This document shows positions 11,201-16,143 of a stretch of DNA of 16,143 bases, piece by piece. The DNA comes from Ginkgo biloba (Eukaryota > Plantae > Ginkgophyta). The notes below the pieces were generated by a model. The model did not search any database, was not told where the DNA came from, and worked only from the letters and a program-made list of their open reading frames with translations. Numbering within the stretch: position 1 is the stretch's first letter; the number at the start of each line of letters is the position of its first letter. Location of the stretch: assembly GCA_024626585.2 (NCBI GenBank), contig JANKJI020000004.1:51688533-51704675 (forward strand), in the 5' to 3' direction. Position numbers and translations under genes: made by a program.

Positions 11201-12641
11201 TAATAACATTGTCACGCTTAAAGGCATCCTATAACATGAAGTAAAGCAAGAATAAGAAAAAGGCCACATGGTGCCAAGGGATAAAATAAAATATAGAAAG
11301 AGGAGAAACCTACCTAGATTTTTCAATGAAAGATTTGTATTTTTAGAAACAAGGATAGACTAGTAATTCTTGATGTAGCTGCACTAAACTATATGATGCC
11401 ATATGAATTACATTAGAGCCCTTTTGGTAGTCATGTAGGAAGAGAGAAAACCTACTAGGCAACAAGGAAATATGTCTATTGAAAAATCATGAGACAAAAA
11501 ATAATAGACAATATAAGTACTTGTGAAAAATTTTAAGTCATCGGGAATCCCTAGGAGGATTATTGATGCCATTGGTAATTCTAGAAGGAAATGTCCAAAG
11601 TATATCAATGGATTTGCAACCTCCCTTCCTAGAGCACAAAATCAAAATGATCAAATCTTGTGGTATTAGATCATTTGACAAAGATTGTAAGATTTATTCC
11701 ATGTTGAATGAGTCACAGCGAATGTGGCATTGCTAAACTACTAACCAATGAGTAAGTAGATAATATGGTGTCCGAAAAACCATCGTATGCCATGGGGATC
11801 CTAAGTTTATTTGAAATATATGTAAAGATTTAATTAGACCCTTAGGTACTAAATTATGATTCAGTTTCAGAGACCATTCTCAAATAGATGATCGAACATA
11901 AAGGGTAAATGAACTAGTGGAAGATGTGCTAAGATCACGTGGTTGATAAACAGGAACAATGGTAAGAAGTATTACAATTTGTGGGATTTTCCTACAACAA
12001 CAACAAACATTCATCCATAGGAACAACACTTTTTAGGGTAATGTCTGGCTATAATCTTGCAACTCCACTAGACATAGATAGACACAATGCTAAAACTTTA
12101 GTATCTTTGGAAACGTAAGAGGATATGCAACAAGAGATTCAATTATGAAAAACTAAAATAGGAAGGGATTAAAGTAGGGCTAAAATATATGTTCACTAAA
12201 AGAGAAATGCCAAGAGCACTTGAAGCAGGGAGCATAGCATATTTAAGATAAAAACCAAATGGCATTCTTATCCATGGGCAAATGAGAAAAATTATCCCTT
12301 TCATACTACAAAACATTTAAAATAGTGGAGTACATAAATGAGTCAACATATAGACAAGGATTTACCCTTGCACATAAATGCCCATTCAATATTCCATATA
12401 AGCCGTATAAAAAAAAAGGGCACCATCAAGGTTTAATAACAAAATTTTTCAATATGTAGAAGTTAAAGAAGTACAAGAGTTTAATGACCCATCAAAAGAA
12501 TTGAACATGAGGGTAAAAAGATTATCAAACAGTGATGTAACTTCATGTTTCATTGAATGGCCAATTAAACAAATAGAAGACTCAACTTAGGAATCATAGG
12601 AATTTGTTAGAGAATCTTTATTCATTGAGGGCAATGACCTT

Positions 12642-12658
12642 GAGGAGGTGGGGAGAGA
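12642..12658 (+). other. Polypurine tract (plus-strand primer site) of the chromovirus
   Basis: GAGGAGGTGGGGAGAGA (16 of 17 purines) directly after the chromodomain and immediately before TGTTATAG. Confidence 0.85.
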
Positions 12659-12800
12659 TGTTATAGATTGAGTTAGGGCTAGGATCACTAGACTTGGAAA
12701 AGTTAAACTCCATCAAGAAGTTAACCAAGCTATGGAAAGACAGTCCAAGAAGTTTATGAAGTCGTTGGAGCCCAGAAGTGGCACTATAACTTAAGAGAAG
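12659..12800 (+). repeat. 5' part of the chromovirus 3' LTR
   Basis: Begins with canonical TG (TGTTATAG) abutting the PPT and runs into the gap at 12801. No matching 5' LTR is visible. Confidence 0.75.
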
Positions 12801-12901
12801 NNNNNNNNNNNNNNNNNNNNNNNNNNNNNNNNNNNNNNNNNNNNNNNNNNNNNNNNNNNNNNNNNNNNNNNNNNNNNNNNNNNNNNNNNNNNNNNNNNNN
12901 G

Positions 12902-13720
12902 AGATTAGAGATTGGTAACATCCATGTTGGGGAGAAATGAATGGTTATTAATGATAGAGAAATCACAACCTTACTTGGATTCCTCGACTTTGGGAGAAGT
13001 GTGGACCTAAAGGATGAAGGTATGAATGCCAATAAGGCTAGGATATGCGAGGTTATGTTCCCTGGAAAGGTAGAATCTAAAGTGGATAGATAGTCAAATA
13101 GGTTTACCATATTGGATATTATAAATCCTACTGTGTTATGGGATTCTATAATCTTGGAAGAACTATTGGCATGTGGTGAGGACACTATATATCTCACAGT
13201 CTAATAGGAAGAATTGATCTCTTGAGCGATTTTAGGAGAGGTCTTAAATTGGACCAAATGGTACACAAAGCATTTCAATAAATTGTGCACTATGACACAA
13301 CAACTTGGTTTCTACTTTACAATGTTATCAATTTTGTACCTCTTGTCCATGGATATGGTTGAGAGTCTCGATTGGGTGGATTCAATGTTGGTTCCCACAT
13401 GAAAAACTTATGCCGCATTGGATACGTACATGCAATATATTAATGGAGATAAAGCAACCACTATATTGTCATTCAAATATATTTTTTTTCACTCAGATGT
13501 GGTCACTTAATGAATGATAGAAGAATGCCACATCTCTCTTAGATTATGTTAAGAATCAATGGCCAGAAGTTGAGTGGGAAGATTCCATGTATGCTGCCAA
13601 ATTCTATCTTAAGGGTTTCTTAGAGAATAAAAAATTTCTTACCTTTTGGCTATTGGATAGAGAGATCAAGAATATTTCCAACATGAAGGAGCATGTACTC
13701 CAAACCAATTTGTGGGCATA
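12902..13720 (+). pseudogene. Degenerate transposon-associated accessory ORF (plant retrotransposon extra-ORF type)
   Basis: One frame from 12902 reads about 200 codons with only a handful of stops (MVINDREITTLLGFLDFG...AILGEVLNWTKWY...LGFYFTMLSILYL), followed by ...KFYLKGFLENKKFLTFWLLDRE. Motif layout resembles hypothetical proteins carried by plant LTR elements; family assignment is from memory only. Confidence 0.45.
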
Positions 13721-15105
13721 AGCCATCCACAAGACTTTGCAAGTAGGTGGCTTTGTTGCAGAGAAAATCAAAACCTGCGACTTCTCTTGGATTGTGAAAG
13801 CTAATTTTGGTGCCCTAAAATAGACATTATGAGTTAAGTGGGAGACGGATATAGATTCACCAATACAAAACCAGGAGTATAACCCAGAAAATGCCTGTAA
13901 AAACTTGAGGGCTTGGGTGAAATGTGAAGAAAGGCAATGACTTTGAATCCTGCAGATGCCAAGTAGCATCTGGGCAGTATATCTCAAGGTTTAGATCTGA
14001 TAGAGATTAATTGTTTCAAAGACCAATTGCAGAGCTTGCAATGATGGTAGATCCTGTAAAAAAAACACTCCTCTGCTTTTACTGGTCTAAACAGTAAGTT
14101 TTATGACGGACACACAAAAGGTGGCAAGTCCTCTGAAAGACAAAAACACGACGAGGAGTTCGACCAGAATCTCCAAGGCTTTCTAGAACTTTTGGTTTCA
14201 CATACATTTTCGAACAAAACATTGAGAAGAAGCTTCAGTATTACTTGATTCTCTTACTTATGAAGTAAAGAGTCGACCTCTCTAAGAAAGCCTTCAAGAT
14301 CAAGTAACAAAGGAGAACCTCTAGTGTTCATGTCCAGAACAAAGAGTATTCATCAGTGTGGTATGCCTGCACAGGCTTGTGACTTCTACTTGTCGGTCTG
14401 AGAATACTATATGAAGAGGAAAATCCCGTGTTTATACTTCCAAAGTCTTGTTGGAACCCGAAAATCCTGAATCCTTGATGCTTCTTTTGTTTGTTAGGAA
14501 CCACTTCCTTGAGATGGCCTTTAATTACAAGATGATGGGAGTTCCTCTTGGTCTCAAGACCTTTCATTATCTAGTCATAGTGCCAGCCACTAGAAGGTGG
14601 GAGTTCTCTGGTTCCTCCTACAGGTTACAATAAACACTGAAACTCCTAGGAAGCAGAGATATGGTTGTCAATGGGATGAGCATTCTTGAATGTGACCTTT
14701 TGTTTTCATGACCTAAGATCTTCTGTATGCTAGAGTTTAGTGGGAATNNNNNNNNNNNNNNNAAGTTTAGCAATCCCTATGCCCTATAAAAGAATATTTA
14801 GGCTAGATTATCCATATGATTGTGCTATTTGTTCTTGCATTGAACAATTATCATGAGGCAAGAGTAGCCTACAAAATCATTTTCCGTTGATTCTCTCTTG
14901 AAGCAAATATATAAGCGAAACATTTCCTGATATTTTATATTAATAGAAAATTTTGCCTGTGATTGATTAATTGATTCATTGTTTTCCTATTTGGGTGTGT
15001 GGGGAATTGTGTTGTGCTCATTTTTAGTTTGCACAAGCAGTTGGAGGTATAACAACTGAAATGAAAGCTTTGGCGTTCATGATTGTTCATTGCTTGTTGT
15101 GGCAG

Positions 15106-15221
15106 ACTTTTAATGAAATACGCAAGTTGCTAAACAAAACCAATGGGAAAACGGTTGCTGAGGTGATGACACCTTCACCTCTTGTTGTTCGTGAAGGAAC
15201 CAACCTGGAGGATGCAGCTAG
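15106..15221 (+). CDS. CBSX: Next internal exon of the same CBSX1/CBSX2-like gene (start of second CBS domain)
   Basis: Acceptor tgcttgttgtggCAG ends at 15105. Translates TFNEIRKLLNKTNGKTVAEVMTPSPLVVREGTNLEDAA(R), then donor GTGCAT at 15222 (phase 2). Directly continues ...DSTWK|TFN... as in CBSX1/2 proteins. Confidence 0.95.
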
Positions 15222-16143
15222 GTGCATATCTGCTTCAAATATTGTATTTTTGCAAGCTTTTTATACTGTTTATGGGTGTATGCCATGAAATTTTTTGTGT
15301 GTTGATAGTCAAGATTTAAAGACAATCTAAAAGAATAATGAATCAAGCAATCTGCTGCAGTTTAGTGTATATTTAGTTAAATTGATCTAGCAATGTTGAA
15401 TATGTCAAACTTGAACAAGAAACTTGTCAACATTTGTCACTTGTTTCTTTCAAGAAGGATTGGTGAACCTGTTAGTGCTTCATTCAAAGTGACATTCTAC
15501 TTTAAATCATAATTCATGGTCTTGAACTCTACTATATTGAGGATATTGTAATGTACAGATTTGCTAATGTTCAGAAGATTTGTAGGAACTAAATGATTTT
15601 CAGTTCTTTTCCATGATTTTTCTTAGGACAATGCAATATAAAATTATAAATATTTGTTTTCACAACAGTACTCAGATTTTCTGCCAGTATCTTCTTTACA
15701 AAACTCATGAATAACCAAATAGGTATTGTGCAAATATGCAAGACTAGTATATGGAAATTGCTCAGTTTTGACTGTCATAAAAGCATACAAAACGACAACT
15801 TGAGATCTGTCACTTTTCATTGGAAATTTTACATGAAGTAGGATTGACTACAATTGTATACCCTATGCTAGATCTCTCAAATATCAAAGGTTTATCATTA
15901 GTTACAGTCTGAAACAAAAGGACTAGACTGCTGTTTGTTTAGAGAGGTTGGACTCTGATTTTTCCCGGTTGTCTTCTTCCTCACTGGGCTGCTTTGTGAG
16001 AAAGTAGGAATTGACTTAACCTTCCTTTGTGGCAGCTATTGGCAAAGAGGAACTTAACTCTACTCATCCATAGGGTGTATAAGTTGAGTCATGGTTGGGC
16101 ATGTTAGTAGGAAAGGTATGTTAGGGAAGAGGTCTTTGCAACA
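15222..16143 (+). other. Following CBSX intron (runs off the window end)
   Basis: GT donor at 15222 and T/A-rich non-coding sequence. The expected next exon (LLLETKYRRLPVVD-like) is not found before 16143. Confidence 0.75.

Larger units (their letters stand above)
10266..12800 (+). mobile_element. Degenerate Ty3/gypsy chromovirus (Reina/Tekay-like) LTR retrotransposon: RT, integrase, chromodomain, PPT, start of 3' LTR
   Basis: RT: PYRVS..., SLFKAPILL*KKKGGSMRMCI, KATIKDKH..INDLLD, DVEKTA..FLVMPFGFTNA, YAKMSKCDF...EYLG. Integrase: ELH*SPFGSHVGREKT, PKTIVCHGDPKF, HSQIDDRT*RVNELVEDVLR, FSYNNNKHSSIG, KLSLSYYKTFKIVE...HSIFHIS. Chromodomain remnant CFIEW...EDST*E. Many stops and frameshifts; both ends fall in gaps. 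Confidence 0.94.
6900..15105 (+). other. GT-AG spliceosomal intron of CBSX gene, nominally 8206 nt (415 of them N)
   Basis: GTGAGT donor, CAG acceptor, and phase 0 at both ends gives the contiguous peptide STWK-TFNE. True length is uncertain because four internal gaps are 100-N placeholders. Confidence 0.88.

Noticed and set aside
13980-14747. Short ORFs 14328-14567 (-) and 14448-14633 (+)
   Set aside because: No recognisable domains or splice-compatible link to CBSX; probably unclassified repeat-derived intron sequence.
15061-15288. 75-aa ORF as a standalone gene
   Set aside because: Only 15106-15221 is CBSX-like; the Met start and C-terminal tail are intron read-through.
16033-16075. Acceptor-like cctttgtggCAG as the next CBSX exon
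   Set aside because: In the required phase it reads YWQRGT* and does not match LLLETKYRRLP.

Overview
AT-rich, CpG-poor, gap-riddled eukaryotic (plant) genomic DNA, not prokaryotic; nine N-gaps inflate many entries in the ORF track. The only host gene I can support is a chloroplast CBS-domain protein of the CBSX1/CBSX2 type on the + strand. Two internal exons are visible: 6858-6899 (TETGFFPEVDSTWK) and 15106-15221 (TFNEIRKLL...NLEDAAR), joined by a phase-0 GT-AG intron of nominally 8.2 kb. That intron contains decayed LTR-retrotransposon material: a minus-strand Ty3/gypsy (Athila/Tat-like) RNaseH-integrase fragment, a plus-strand chromovirus (RT, deleted RNaseH, integrase, chromodomain, PPT, 3' LTR start) and a degenerate transposon-associated accessory ORF. 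A second, distantly similar degenerate ORF lies at about 1.5-3.2 kb. This giant TE-filled intron architecture suggests a large-genome plant such as a gymnosperm (inference). I see no convincing novel multi-gene system. The most intriguing unexplained signal is a candidate 7-nt microexon (6690-6696) just upstream of the first visible CBSX exon. All family assignments come from recalled motifs, not from searches.
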